A stretch of DNA of 64,000 nt from Rhynchopus sp. YZ270_cl-10 (GCA_964035575.1 OZ037834.1:2170001-2234000), one strand, 5' to 3'. Counted from the first letter of the stretch, positions 11,978 through 25,247 are shown. The notes: generated by a model from the sequence alone, not told the origin. Numbers and translations are program-made.

Positions 11978-13582
11978 ATGCTACGACTCCTCTGCGTCTC
12001 CTCCTTGGCGCTGCTCTCCACTGCAGCCGCACCCGAGGTTTCTGTCGCTGGGCTGGGCACCTTCGTCGGGACAGAGCTGATCTTGACATCCAGCACAGTC
12101 GACGCCTTTCTTGGTGTGCAATACGCCTCGGCAGAGCGCTTTGAAAGCCCCATAGCGGAGGGCAGCTTCGAAGGCACGAAGCAGGCGACTCACTTCGGCG
12201 CGACCTGCCCAGGGTCGTACTGCTTCAACAGCGACAACACCACCTCCGATGCAGAGCAATGCCTCTTCCTCAACGTCTACCGCCCCTCAGGCATCCCCAG
12301 CACCGCCTCCCTTCCAGTCATGCTCTTCATCCACGGCGGAGGCTACCAATTCGGCTGCAGCAATACCTATCGGGGAGAAAATTTGGTGGATCGATCAGAC
12401 GGAACCATCTTGGTTGTGACGATCAACTACCGTTTGAACGCCTTTGGCTTCCTCGGGTCTGATAAGTTGAGGAGTAAAGATGGGGCAACGGGGACCTGGG
12501 GGTTTCAAGACCAGCGTGCGGCGATGTTGTGGGTGAATAAGTATATTAGGTCCTTTGGGGGTGATCCGGATAAGGTGACGATCTTCGGTCAGTCTGCTGG
12601 GGCGTCGTCTGTTTCGGGGCATATGACGTCTCCGAAGTCGAGGAAGTATTTTCGCAAAATGATTGCGCAAAGTGGGTTGGCGCCGACGTGGACCGTCAAC
12701 TCCTTGGCGCTGTCGGAGTCGCATTACGCAACGTTTCTTGGGTACGCGAAATGCGACGATGCGGCGTGTCTGAAGGGCCTATCCATGGAGGTGCTGCTGA
12801 ACGTTTCGTATCTCATTTCGTCGGGGTTTCAAATGGCGCATTCATTGAGCTGGGCCCCAGTCATTGATGGGGTGGAATTCACAAAGCAACCATGGCAGTC
12901 CTTCGAAGAGGGCGACTTTGCTGAAGGGATTGACATCATTTCAGGGACAAACCGGGATGAAATCGCCTTTTTTATGCTCAATATTGCGAGCGCCAATTCT
13001 TTGACATTTAACACCGTGCTTTCCACCATCATCACCAAACCGAAGTTGGCACAACTCGCCGAGCTCCGTAGTTTATACTCTACCGACAACTACTCATACC
13101 CAGAGGATATGGGGACATTCGACTATTGGTGGTGGGCCACCATGAGTGCCATGACAGATGGGATCTTTACCTGCGCAAGCAGAAGGGGGTTGAGATGGAT
13201 GAACAAGAAAAACCCGAATATGTATTCATACTTCGCAGTGCACCCGACGCAGGAGGTGACCGACATCCCCGGGGAGGGGCCAGGGAACGTTCTGGTGGGG
13301 CACTGTGCGGACCTCCCGTATGTGTTCAACTGCCCGTTGCTCCCTGGGTGCATCTGGACACAAGGGTACGAGGCGCAGCTCTCGCGGGACTACAGCGGCT
13401 TCTTCGTGAACTTCGCAAAGACAGGTGTCCCAGGAGGGAACTGGACAGAGCGGTACAATGCCACAGCAGACACGCACTTCGTCCTGGATATGCCGAAGGA
13501 GGCAGGTGGAGGTGGCTTCCGTTATGAAAGCAAAGTGCGCGCAGAGGCGTGTGACTTTTGGGATAAGAATCTCTACGCTTGA
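11978..13582 (+). CDS. Secreted type-B carboxylesterase / cholinesterase-like alpha/beta hydrolase
   Basis: Signal peptide, EQCLFLNVY, oxyanion motif HGGG, NYRL, nucleophile GQSAG, acid in TNRDE, His in GHCADL. Confidence 0.92.
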   Translation: MLRLLCVSSLALLSTAAAPEVSVAGLGTFVGTELILTSSTVDAFLGVQYASAERFESPIAEGSFEGTKQATHFGATCPGSYCFNSDNTTSDAEQCLFLNVYRPSGIPSTASLPVMLFIHGGGYQFGCSNTYRGENLVDRSDGTILVVTINYRLNAFGFLGSDKLRSKDGATGTWGFQDQRAAMLWVNKYIRSFGGDPDKVTIFGQSAGASSVSGHMTSPKSRKYFRKMIAQSGLAPTWTVNSLALSESHYATFLGYAKCDDAACLKGLSMEVLLNVSYLISSGFQMAHSLSWAPVIDGVEFTKQPWQSFEEGDFAEGIDIISGTNRDEIAFFMLNIASANSLTFNTVLSTIITKPKLAQLAELRSLYSTDNYSYPEDMGTFDYWWWATMSAMTDGIFTCASRRGLRWMNKKNPNMYSYFAVHPTQEVTDIPGEGPGNVLVGHCADLPYVFNCPLLPGCIWTQGYEAQLSRDYSGFFVNFAKTGVPGGNWTERYNATADTHFVLDMPKEAGGGGFRYESKVRAEACDFWDKNLYA

Positions 13583-14842
13583 AAAGGAAGGGAAAAAAAT
13601 GTGAATAAAACGGATAAGGAAGCTGAGAAAAAGGCATTGAAAAAACAATAGTGAAAGCCACAAAAAGAGTGAAAAAAAAAAAGTGTGTCGTTTGTTTGCA
13701 ATAGCAGAAAGAAGTGTGTCCTTTTTGTTTTTTTGGGAAAATTTAGTGTACCCTATTATACCTTCTATTCAGTAGAATAGTCAGTATATGAAACAATTTT
13801 TTGTTTTTTTCCGAGAGTCAGCGTCACGGCCTTGCAAACAACCGCAGGGGGTTGTTGTTTATGTTTCAGTGTCATCTCCTTTCCTTTTGTCTCCACACTC
13901 CACAGCTTTTGATACAAAGAAAACGTTCAAGGCATATTCATCCAAGCTTTCTACGAAGTAGTGACCAAGCACTATGAGACTTAGGTTCGTCGTACAAGCG
14001 TTGCTTCTTTCCCTTCTTCCTTCTTGCTTAGAGTCTGTTCACCGCAGGTCTAGGTATGAAGTACAGTCTAGGCTACTGATCTTGATCTGGTCAGCAACGT
14101 GAAAAAAAAAATTCCATTTTCACGCTTGGTACCCCTTTTGATCCCCAGCCCCCTCTAACCCCTCTCAAGAATTCAAGAATGGAATATTTGATAGTTTTTC
14201 ATGAAACATTGTGTGAGTGTAGCAAAAAATAAAAAGTGGAGCGCACCTTCGCTTGTCTATACTATTGCAAACCAAGTTTTCAAAGCAAAAAAAAACTACA
14301 ATTTTCCCAATTTTTCTCCAACAGAACATAAGTAACAACACATGGTGTATTTTCTCTGCTGATGTGTGTAATGCAACCCTTTAAATAAAAGATGTGCGTG
14401 ACACACCTTTGGCACACCTTTCATTTTTCATACAGAAACTTCATTTTTTCGAGGCTTTAGTGATCCAACCCCCGGGTTGAGGTAAACGAACTGTGCACAC
14501 CAGACAGTTTTTCCACCCCCCCCTTCCCCTCTCGTGTGAAGGATCGGTGACGTGTGCGTGTATTTGTTTGATAACTAATAGGGGGTAATTCTTGCACAGA
14601 ATATGGCCCCAGTGCGCGTGTATGTACAGGTTTTGGGTTATTGCGACAGTTGCACGTCCTATCTTTCTCTTCATAAGGGCCGGTAGAACAGAAATTTTTT
14701 TTTTATGCACTTTTTTTTTGTTCGAATCCCACGAAAAAAAAAATCCAAAGAGAAAAAACAACGCCAGTTTTTTTCCACACTCATTTTTTTACCCTCGAAA
14801 ATGACACTTATTTTCGCTCACTTCCTACCCTCTTGCTCCTAA

Positions 14843-15853
<1,011 letters not shown>

Positions 15854-15882
15854 ATTTTTTTTTTTGGGGGGGTATAATAATT

Positions 15883-16331
15883 CATGGATGTAGAAAGTAC
15901 TTCACGTACTTTTTTTTAAAAAAAAAAGTAAAAAAGTACGTGACGAAAAATGAAAAAAAAAAGTACTTTTTTTTTTTTGAAAAAAAAAAAGTACTTTTTT
16001 ACCCATTTGGGTGTGGGTTCATATTTCGTCAAAATTTTAGTCACTAAAATTTTGTCCATTTTTCTGTATATCCCCCACCACAGAATGGGCGGATTCCGGA
16101 AATGCAAATGCGGGTGTTTTCGGGCATTTTTATGGCCGAAAACGCTCCAATATTTTCACGTACGTTGATTTTCACGTGAAAAAAAAAGTACTTTTTTTTC
16201 GTTTTTTTTTCGAAATCACGTAAATCACGTAAAATTTTTTTTCAAAAAACGTCACGTACGTGAAGTATCACGTAACCCGATTTTTGGAAAAAAAAGTACT
16301 TTTTTTTCGTCACGTACTTTCTACATCCATG
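15883..16331. mobile_element. MITE, 449 bp, with 18-bp TIR CATGGATGTAGAAAGTAC and 6-bp TSD ATAATT
   Basis: Perfect TIRs. ATAATT at 15877-15882 and 16332-16337. Internal iterated CACGT/AAGTACTT motifs. Confidence 0.85.
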
Positions 16332-17559
16332 ATAATTGTGGTCTTTTGCAGGTTTAATGTATGGTTATCGACCCGAAATGGTGGGGTGGGAGGAAATAAT
16401 CTTTAAAATCGGGTCACTTAATTCATTCTTTCCCCCTGAAGGCGTACCCCTTAATAGGCGTGGGTTGGTGAGGGTGGGGGGTGGGACACAGCTGATAATA
16501 AGACTCGGGGACCCGGTTTATTCTCAGCCGGACTGGTACCCGGGACCGGGGACCTGGACCCAGGGACCGGGGACCCGGCTTATTCTCAGTGGGGCGGGGG
16601 GGGTGTTTACAAAAGTTTGTTTTCTTTAGGTCATAGCAGGGGTCGTAAGGTGGCAAGACGCTTGGCGTCGTTTCTCTTTTTATCTCTTTTTTTTCTTCAT
16701 CCGACGTGTAAAATCTTCAATTCCAACTATTTTCAGCATTGTTTTTGTTTTCAGAACGGTATAATCTAACAAAAAAACTTAACCGAGGGATAATTTGGGG
16801 GGTTTTTTTTGAAAGCATGGTTACGAGTCCACCCCCGGTGTTCTGGTTGACACCAAAGGTGCACAATCGTGAGAGGGCTTTGTCTTTCAAGTTTCATTTA
16901 TTGTTTGAGCTAAGTTGGTTGCAAAAATTTGCCTCTTTCCACCCTCCCCATCTAAAAATATGGAACCCTGCGCAACAGGGTGACAACAATTTTGTGGAGT
17001 TCATCCTCGGGTGTCTACACTAATACAACCAAGAACAAAAATGTAGTAAAAATAGTGGAAATGGTACCCTCTATTTTTTACCCTGTTTCCCCCAAAAAAA
17101 AGTTCCCCAATAATAACAATATAGGCAACCGACATCTAACATAACCCCCACCTTCACCCACAAAGAGCTTTGCGCAAAACATAACGGTACCATCTCCCCC
17201 CCTTTTCGTTTGCTTTTTGATGCTTTACTCAAATCACAAATACTATTTTCACCACTCTCTTTCGCACATTTTGCACCGAAGGGCACCCTCTCATGTACGA
17301 GTCATCTCTGTACAGGGCTATTTGATTTTACGAGCAAAGACAGTCCTTCAAACTTCAGAACACACTGTGCGTGTCCGTCCCCAGCAGGCGGATGTGGTGT
17401 TCCAGAGGTACCGACATAAGCTGTGAACTGTAAGGTGCTTGTATCGCCGGTCCCTCTAAAAGGAGCAACTCCTTTGGCAATGGTGTTTTGCAGGCACGTA
17501 AACCCCTCGCTTCACCACACCACTAACAGAGCTTCCCTCAGAGGCAAATACATAAAACA

Positions 17560-20500
17560 ATGTCGCGTGCATGTGTGGCGGTGCTGCTCTGCGTGAGCGT
17601 GGACGTAACCACTGCCTTGCTGCAAGCGACATCCACACTGTCGACCACAGATGCGCCACCAACGCTGGTACCGGGTATGACGTACGTCTGCCAGGAGCAC
17701 ACTGACCTGAACGATACTGTCGGGAAGGTGAGCTTCGTGAACAACATGGAAAGCGACGTCGCGTGTTGGCACATTGCGTGCGACAAGGATGTTTTTGTTA
17801 CGTTCTCAACACTCGCATTAGACACCGCCATCTTGTATCTGTACAGCTCCAGCAATGGCGTGGACTACACCCTTCGGAAACGTTTCACCTCATCAGAGCC
17901 TCTCCCCGATGACCTTGCGCTGAGCGGCTCTGTCTATGTTCAGTTCCAAGCCTTGTCCCCTGCAACGATGTCAACAGTTGATCTTGATTATGTTTGTATG
18001 AATCCAACTCCACAACCTACCACTGATGCGCCACCAACGCTGGTGCCAGGTATGGCGTACCCCTGTAAGGAGTACATTGAACTGAACGATACTGCTGGGA
18101 ACGTGACCTGGGCGCAGGGTCTGAAGGAATACTCAATCAGGTGCTGGCACATTGAGTGTGACAAGTCTGTTGTGGTGACGGTCACAAGTGCGACGTTTAT
18201 TTCCAATTTCGGTACATTAATGATGTACAACTCAACGAATGGCGTCGACTACACCCTTGCGACAAAGGTTTACGCGCCCACTAGTCTTATTGTATTGACC
18301 GGTTCTGCCATTTTGCAGTTGGAGTCTGACGGTCTTCAGCAGTCAGAATTTGCTTTGACTTACGTGTGTATGGAGCCACCCCCACTGCCGACCACTGATG
18401 CGCCACCAACACTTGTCCCGGGTATGTCGTACGTCTGCCAGGAGCACACTGACCTGAACGATACTGCTGGGAAGCTGACTTACGCGAGCGCCCCGACACT
18501 CTCCACAGCGTGCTGGTACATCGTGTGTGACAAGGAGGTTGTCGTCACGATCCTGTCCCTTGCATTGGACAACGTCGCCTCCTTCAGGCTGTACAGCTCC
18601 ACCAATGGTGTGGACTACTATGTCCGGGTGTCGTTCACCTATCAGCAGAATGGCATGCACCCCCCTCCTATTGTGCTGAACGGTTCGGTCTATGTGCAGC
18701 TCATAGAAGAGAGTAGCAATGCGAAGGTCTCATCATTTGAACTCGACTATGCGTGTGTGGGTGCAACTCCACAGCCACCCACAGAAGCGCCACCAACACT
18801 TGTACCAGGTATAGGGTTAATGTGTCAAGAGCGCACAGACCTGAACAACACTGCTGGGAACGTGACTTATGCGAACAACACGGGTGCCGTTGAGTGTTGG
18901 CACATTGCATGCGACAAGGATGTTGTGATCACGTTTGCATCCTTACAATTAGACTACCCAGTCACCTTGGACGTGTACAGCTCCAGCAATGGCGTGGACT
19001 ACACTCTCATGAGAGATTTCGGCACCTTCGATCCCCTCCCCGAATCAAGTTTACTGCTGAACGGTTCAGTCTATTTGCAGCTCACAGGATCCAGTAGCGT
19101 CACGGGAGAATTTGATCTCGACTACGTGTGTATGGACGCGACACCAGCACCAGCCACTGATGCGCCACCACCGAAACCAACACGCGCACCTGGTGTGAAA
19201 TACATCTGTCAAGACCACACAGACCTGAACAACACTGCTGGGAAGGTGACTTTTGCGAACCACACGGGTCGCGTTGAGTGTTGGCACATTGCATGCGACA
19301 AGGATGTTGTGATCACGTTTGCATCCTTAAAGTTAGACTTCCCAGTCAACTTGGACGTGTACAGCTCCAGCAATGGCGTGGACTACACTCTCAGGAGAGA
19401 TTTCGGCGCCCTTACTCCACTCCCCGAATCAAGCTTTCTGCTGTACGGTTCGGTCTATTTGCAGCTCACAGGATCCCCTAGCTTTGTGGGAGAATTTGAT
19501 CTCGACTACGTGTGTATGGACACGACACCAGCACCAGCCACTGATGCGCCACCAACTCGTGCACCAGGTGTGCAGTACATCTGTCAAGACCACACAGACC
19601 TGAACAACACTGCTGGGAAGGTGACTTACGCGAACAACACGGGTGCCGTTGAATGTTGGCACATTGCATGCAACAAGGATGTTGTGATCACGTTTGCATC
19701 CTTACAATTAGACTACCCAGTCACCTTGGACGTGTACAGCTCCAGCAATGGTGTGGACTACACTCTCATGAGAGTAATTGACGCCTCGCATCCCATATCA
19801 AGCTTACTGCTGAACGGTTCCGTCTATTTGCAGCTCAGAGGCACCGCTACGGCAGCATTTGATCTCGACTACGTGTGTATGGACGCGACACCAGCACCAG
19901 CCACTGATGCGCCACCAACACTTGTACCAGGTGTGCAGTACATCTGCGAAGACCACACAGACCTGAACGAAACTGCTGGGAGCGTCACTTACCAGACTAA
20001 CAATCGCTCCGTTGAATGTTGGCACATTGAGTGCAACGACGTGGTTGTGATCACGTTCTCACACATCAAATTGTACCTCCCTTCAACGCTGGACCTGTAC
20101 AGGTCCAGCAATGGCGTGGGTTATACTCTTGAGGACCGCTATACCTACTATGACGGTCCTGGATCAGAGCCTGTTGTGCTGAACGGGTCTGTATATGTGC
20201 AGTTGTACCCAGAGGCTAGTTGTGAGTTTTCTTTCGAATACGTGTGTGTGAGCGCGACACCAGCACCAGCCACTGATGCGCCACCAACACTTGCACCAGG
20301 TCTGAACCACATCTGTGAGCTGCACACAGACCTGAACGACACTGCTGGGAACGTGACTGTTGTTGTGGGCCTCACGAACAAGGCAGAGTGTTGGCACATT
20401 GAGTGTGACAAGGAGGTTGTGCTCACGTTCTCATCCTACTTCGAATTACAAACCCTCGCGAGCTTGGACCTGTACAGCACCATCAATGATACGGAATACA

Positions 20501-22311
20501 CTTTGCAGAGACACTGGACCCACTATGGACCCGCTGGACCACAAGAAGTTGTGCTGTGGGGTTCTGTGTATGTGCAGTTATTGATGGGGGAGGGGTCTCA
20601 TTTCTCTTTCGACTACGTATGTGTGGACGCGACACTAGCACCAACACGTGCACCAGGTGTCGACCGCGTCTGCCAGGAGTACACTGCTTTGAACGACACT
20701 GCTGGACACGTGGATTATGTGCAGAACACGGACCCTGCAGTGTGTTGGCACATTGCATGCGACAAGGAGGTTGTGGTCACGTTCACAAACGTGTCCTTTC
20801 TTGGAAATAGCATGGTGTCCTTGGACCTGTACAGCTCCAGCGATGGTGTGGACTACACTCTTGAGAAACGTATGGAGTTAAATGCTCCTGTACCAGAACA
20901 GGGTGTTAGTCTGAACGGTTCGGCCTTTTTGCAGTTTATATACGGGAAGTACTCTTACCTTTCTTTCGACTACGTGTGTGTGGACGCGACACCAGCACCA
21001 GCCACTGGTGCGCCACCAACACTTGTACCAGGTGTGCAGTACATCTGTGAAGACGACACAGACCTGAACAACACTGCTGGGAAGGTGACTTACGCGAACA
21101 ACGCCTCCGTTGAATGCTGGCACATTGAGTGCGACAAGGATGTTGTGATCACGTTCGGATCCTTCAGACTGCAATACTCCGATCTGGACCTCTACAACAC
21201 GAGCGATGGTGTGGACTACAGTTTGTACACAACTTTACACTATTTTGATGGTTTACCTGAAGATCCTATTGTGCTGCACGGATCTGCTTTGTTGCAGTTA
21301 TCAAACCCGTATGGACGTATCTCATCATTTGAACTCGACTACGCGTGTATGAGTGTAACACCGCAGCCAACCACAGAAGCGCCACCAACACTTGCACCAG
21401 GTGCGTCGTACATGTGTCAAGAGCACACTGACCTGAACGAAACTGCTGGGCACGTGGACTTTGTGAACAACATGTCCATCGTGACGTGCTGGTACATTGA
21501 GTGCGACAAGTCTGTCATGATCACGTTCACGACTCTTTCATTCGAAAACCTAGCGTTCTTGGAGCTCTTCAGCTCAGAGTCTGGGAACGGCACACACTAC
21601 ACCCTTGAGAGGATTATCTCGCATCCGGACAACACAGGTGTTGGTTTTGTGCTGAACGGTTCGGCCTTGGTGCAGTTCGTACAGAAGAATGACGTTTTTA
21701 GTGAGAACGATGATTCGAAGGTTGGGTTCAACTATGTGTGCATGGGTGCAACTCCACAGCCGGACACAGATGCGCCACCAACACTCGCACCAGGTGTGGA
21801 GTACCTCTGTCACGACCACACAGACCTGAACGACACTTCCGGGAAGGTGAGCTATGCGAGCGATGAGGCAAACACCACAGCGTGCTGGCACATTGAGTGT
21901 GACAAGTCTGTTGCGATCACCTTCTCGGACATGCAGGTCTTCGCACAGTCGTTCTTGTACCTGTACAGCTCAGGGAGCACCTCAGGGAGTGCCACACACT
22001 ACACCCTGGAGAAGGTGCTGTTCTCCTCCACTGCTGCGGGTGATCAACTGATGCTGGATGGTTCGGCCTTGGTGCAGTTCAGAAGCGGCACTCATGTGGG
22101 AAGGTCAGCATTTGATTTCGAGTACGTGTGTCAGAGTGCAGACGGCAGTGGGCGCCCCACGTGGCCGTATGTTGTTTTCCCTGTGGTGGGTGTGCTCTCC
22201 GTTGCTCTTGGCGTGGTCGCACTGCTGAAGTCAGGTGTCTTCAAGGCAAAGCTGTCGAAGTATTCTCTTCAGGACGGCGTCAACAACGATGAGAGGGCCT
22301 CACTGCTTTAA
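17560..22311 (+). CDS. Type I membrane protein with 12 tandem CUB-like domains separated by Pro/Thr linkers
   Basis: Signal peptide, then 12 units of about 120-130 aa (C-x5-LN-x-TAG...C-W-x-I-x-C...F...L-Y...GS-x-x-x-Q...F-x-x-x-Y-x-C) with TDAPPTLVPG linkers, a TM helix (WPYVVFPVVGVLSVALGVVALL) and a short tail. Confidence 0.85.
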   Translation: MSRACVAVLLCVSVDVTTALLQATSTLSTTDAPPTLVPGMTYVCQEHTDLNDTVGKVSFVNNMESDVACWHIACDKDVFVTFSTLALDTAILYLYSSSNGVDYTLRKRFTSSEPLPDDLALSGSVYVQFQALSPATMSTVDLDYVCMNPTPQPTTDAPPTLVPGMAYPCKEYIELNDTAGNVTWAQGLKEYSIRCWHIECDKSVVVTVTSATFISNFGTLMMYNSTNGVDYTLATKVYAPTSLIVLTGSAILQLESDGLQQSEFALTYVCMEPPPLPTTDAPPTLVPGMSYVCQEHTDLNDTAGKLTYASAPTLSTACWYIVCDKEVVVTILSLALDNVASFRLYSSTNGVDYYVRVSFTYQQNGMHPPPIVLNGSVYVQLIEESSNAKVSSFELDYACVGATPQPPTEAPPTLVPGIGLMCQERTDLNNTAGNVTYANNTGAVECWHIACDKDVVITFASLQLDYPVTLDVYSSSNGVDYTLMRDFGTFDPLPESSLLLNGSVYLQLTGSSSVTGEFDLDYVCMDATPAPATDAPPPKPTRAPGVKYICQDHTDLNNTAGKVTFANHTGRVECWHIACDKDVVITFASLKLDFPVNLDVYSSSNGVDYTLRRDFGALTPLPESSFLLYGSVYLQLTGSPSFVGEFDLDYVCMDTTPAPATDAPPTRAPGVQYICQDHTDLNNTAGKVTYANNTGAVECWHIACNKDVVITFASLQLDYPVTLDVYSSSNGVDYTLMRVIDASHPISSLLLNGSVYLQLRGTATAAFDLDYVCMDATPAPATDAPPTLVPGVQYICEDHTDLNETAGSVTYQTNNRSVECWHIECNDVVVITFSHIKLYLPSTLDLYRSSNGVGYTLEDRYTYYDGPGSEPVVLNGSVYVQLYPEASCEFSFEYVCVSATPAPATDAPPTLAPGLNHICELHTDLNDTAGNVTVVVGLTNKAECWHIECDKEVVLTFSSYFELQTLASLDLYSTINDTEYTLQRHWTHYGPAGPQEVVLWGSVYVQLLMGEGSHFSFDYVCVDATLAPTRAPGVDRVCQEYTALNDTAGHVDYVQNTDPAVCWHIACDKEVVVTFTNVSFLGNSMVSLDLYSSSDGVDYTLEKRMELNAPVPEQGVSLNGSAFLQFIYGKYSYLSFDYVCVDATPAPATGAPPTLVPGVQYICEDDTDLNNTAGKVTYANNASVECWHIECDKDVVITFGSFRLQYSDLDLYNTSDGVDYSLYTTLHYFDGLPEDPIVLHGSALLQLSNPYGRISSFELDYACMSVTPQPTTEAPPTLAPGASYMCQEHTDLNETAGHVDFVNNMSIVTCWYIECDKSVMITFTTLSFENLAFLELFSSESGNGTHYTLERIISHPDNTGVGFVLNGSALVQFVQKNDVFSENDDSKVGFNYVCMGATPQPDTDAPPTLAPGVEYLCHDHTDLNDTSGKVSYASDEANTTACWHIECDKSVAITFSDMQVFAQSFLYLYSSGSTSGSATHYTLEKVLFSSTAAGDQLMLDGSALVQFRSGTHVGRSAFDFEYVCQSADGSGRPTWPYVVFPVVGVLSVALGVVALLKSGVFKAKLSKYSLQDGVNNDERASLL

Positions 22312-22775
22312 GGAGTCAGCCGAGAGGAGCTGGGTATATGGAGTCGTTCCCCTTTGGAGAGTGTTCCAAGGTCGTGAGTCATTCAGGGCGGCCATCAGCG
22401 CTTTCAAGTTTTCCCTTTGTTTCACCTCCTTTTGCACCCACCTTTTTTTATTAGTATCAATTCCCTTTATTTTTTAGGACACTTTCTCGAGTTGAGAGTG
22501 TCTACGTTATCTGAGAGATTTTTGGTTTTTTTTTTTTTTTTTATGTTCTATTTTGTTGTTGTTCTTTGATAATTTGATTGTATTAGTGCTCCCACAGCTG
22601 CTCACTTCACACATTGCTGAAACGCGCAGCTCTGGAGGGGTAATAACCACATGTCTGCATAATACCAGCCCAGTCGCAAAGACGTCTGATGCAGTGTTCA
22701 TCACTTGCACTGACACAAATCTTGGATTCGGTGATGTTGTGCATTCAGGCATTCAAGATTATCACTTTTTCTTTT

Positions 22776-24212
22776 ACACCTCGTCCCGAGTTTTTGTCCG
22801 AGAATGCGATTACTAATTAGTTACTCCACTAAATAAATCGAGCAAAAATATGGTGAACTCAGCGGAGCCCGGTTTTAAAAGTGCCAAAAACGACCTTTTC
22901 GTTTTGACGCGTTGTGAGTTCCTCAAATGCAATTTTGAAGGGTAAAAAATTCGGGTTTTCTAAGCACATGCAGTGCTAAGTTAAAAAAAATCGCGAAAAA
23001 AAAATACAAAAATTTTGTGTTGGAAGCTCGGAACCCAGAAACGTCCAATGGTGAAGTTTTTTTCTGGTTTCGTTGCACCCTGTATTTTTACTTAAAAATC
23101 AAGACAAAGTGATTTTTACCTGGATTTTTGCCTGTATTTTACTAGGGATTTTCCCTTAGTAAAATACAGGGGAATTATCTAACACCTCGTCCCGAGTTTT
23201 TGTCCGAGAATGCGATTACTAATTAGTTACTCCACTAAATAAATCGAGCAAAAATATGGTGAACTCAGCGGAGCCCGGTTTTAAAAGTGCCAAAAACGAC
23301 CTTTTCGTTTTGACGCGTTGTGAGTTCCTCAAATGCAATTTTGAAGGGTAAAAAATTCGGGTTTTCTAAGCACATGCAGTGCTAAGTTAAAAAAAATCGC
23401 GAAAAAAAAATACAAAAATTTTGTGTTGGAAGCTCGGAACCCAGAAACGTCCAATGGTGAAGTTTTTTTCTGGTTTCGTTGCACCCTGTATTTTTACTTA
23501 AAAATCAAGACAAAGTGATTTTTACCTGGATTTTTGCCTGTATTTTACTAGGGATTTTCCCTTAGTAAAATACAGGGGAATTATCTAACACCTCGTCCCG
23601 AGTTTTTGTCCGAGAATGCGATTACTAATTAGTTACTCCACTAAATAAATCGAGCAAAAATATGGTGAACTCAGCGGAGCCCGGTTTTAAAAGTGCCAAA
23701 AACGACCTTTTCGTTTTGACGCGTTGTGAGTTCCTCAAATGCAATTTTGAAGGGTAAAAAATTCGGGTTTTCTAAGCACATGCAGTGCTAAGTTAAAAAA
23801 AATCGCGAAAAAAAAATACAAAAATTTTGTGTTGGAAGCTCGGAACCCAGAAACGTCCAATGGTGAAGTTTTTTTCTGGTTTCGTTGCACCCTGTATTTT
23901 TACTTAAAAATCAAGACAAAGTGATTTTTACCTGGATTTTTGCCTGTATTTTACTAGGGATTTTCCCTTAGTAAAATACAGGGGAATTATCTAACACCTC
24001 GTCCCGAGTTTTTGTCCGAGAATGCGATTACTAATTAGTTACTCCACTAAATAAATCGAGCAAAAATATGGTGAACTCAGCGGAGCCCGGTTTTAAAAGT
24101 GCCAAAAACGACCTTTTCGTTTTGACGCGTTGTGAGTTCCTCAAATGCAATTTTGAAGGGTAAAAAATTCGGGTTTTCTAAGCACATGCAGTGCTAAGTT
24201 AAAAAAAATCGC
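22776..24212. repeat. Tandem array of a 406-bp unit, about 3.5 copies
   Basis: Unit starts (ACACCTCGTCCCGAG) at 22776, 23182, 23588 and 23994. No differences between copies were noticed by eye. Confidence 0.95.
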
Positions 24213-24850
24213 TGGGGGGCTCCGCCCCCCAGACCCCCCAGTCGCTTCGCGGCGAAGCGCCTGGGGGGATGTGGTGTGTAGCATTACGAGGTGCAATGAT
24301 TGCAGTCGTGAAGTATCTGGAGTTACACCGTTGTGGGGCGTGGAACCTCACAACTTTCCTCTCGTGAGCGGCAGAGGTGTGAGTCGTTGCATCACAACAC
24401 CGTACAGGTCGTATTTGTACCTTCTTTGCGACACTCGTGACCTATCGCTATCGCGAGGGAGGCTCATTTCATTTACTGTGCGACGCTGCTGATTTCGACA
24501 CGTTGCCGAAGAAGCGATCGCGCTCTCTTCCTATTGCGCTCTCTCTGTGTGATTTTGTGTATCCCAAAAGGAGTAATTACCCGAAACATTTTGCCTAAAG
24601 GTGTGAACGTTGTGATCCTGGAGTCGATAGCAGACAGGAAAAAGAGGATGGGTAGGCAGCGTCTGCCCGACCTGTGTGAAGTGAATAAGTGATTACCTGA
24701 CAGATGTCTGGGTATCCGTGTATTCTGTGTGGGTATCCATGTCCGGAGTATGTCCCATTGTCCCCCCACCCCCACCAATTGCAAAAAACCGTGAGGGTGC
24801 ACGATGGCCCGTGGACCACCACGTCCTAGTTACCACCTATGACTAGTCAT

Positions 24851-24994
24851 ATGACAAGGTGTATGGCCAGTTACATGACAAGACTAACTAAAGACAAGAC
24901 CCCTGTATGTAATGAGTGGCGTTAGGCCTTGTCATTTGACAGGGGTCTTGTCATTATTTAATCTTGTCATGTAACTAGTCATACCCCTTGTCAT
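24851..24994. repeat. Foldback with 56-bp imperfect inverted arms (MITE remnant) and iterated GACAAG motifs
   Basis: 24851-24906 is the reverse complement of 24939-24994 with about 6 mismatches. Confidence 0.8.
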
Positions 24995-25171
24995 TGCTCA
25001 TATTCGGTTGTGGTGTAACGTACCCTTTGGGGGCACCCCAAATACACGACGGTGAAGTAAACGACATGGCATTGTGCTTTACATGTAATTTTTTTTACAT
25101 GTAAACCACATGTCATTTTATATGTAGTGATTTTTGTCTGAGGAGATTCGCCTCTGCATATTTTTGTCCAG

Positions 25172-25238
25172 CTGTACTGTACTGTACTGTACTGTACTGT
25201 ACTGTACTGTACTGTACTGTACTGTACTGTACTGTACT
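25172..25238. repeat. (CTGTA)n microsatellite, about 13 copies
   Basis: Direct reading. Confidence 0.98.
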
Positions 25239-25247
25239 CCCAATCCC

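Noticed and set aside
22776..24212. Possible CRISPR-like array
   Set aside because: Units repeat in full with no unique spacers, there are no cas genes, and the context is eukaryotic.
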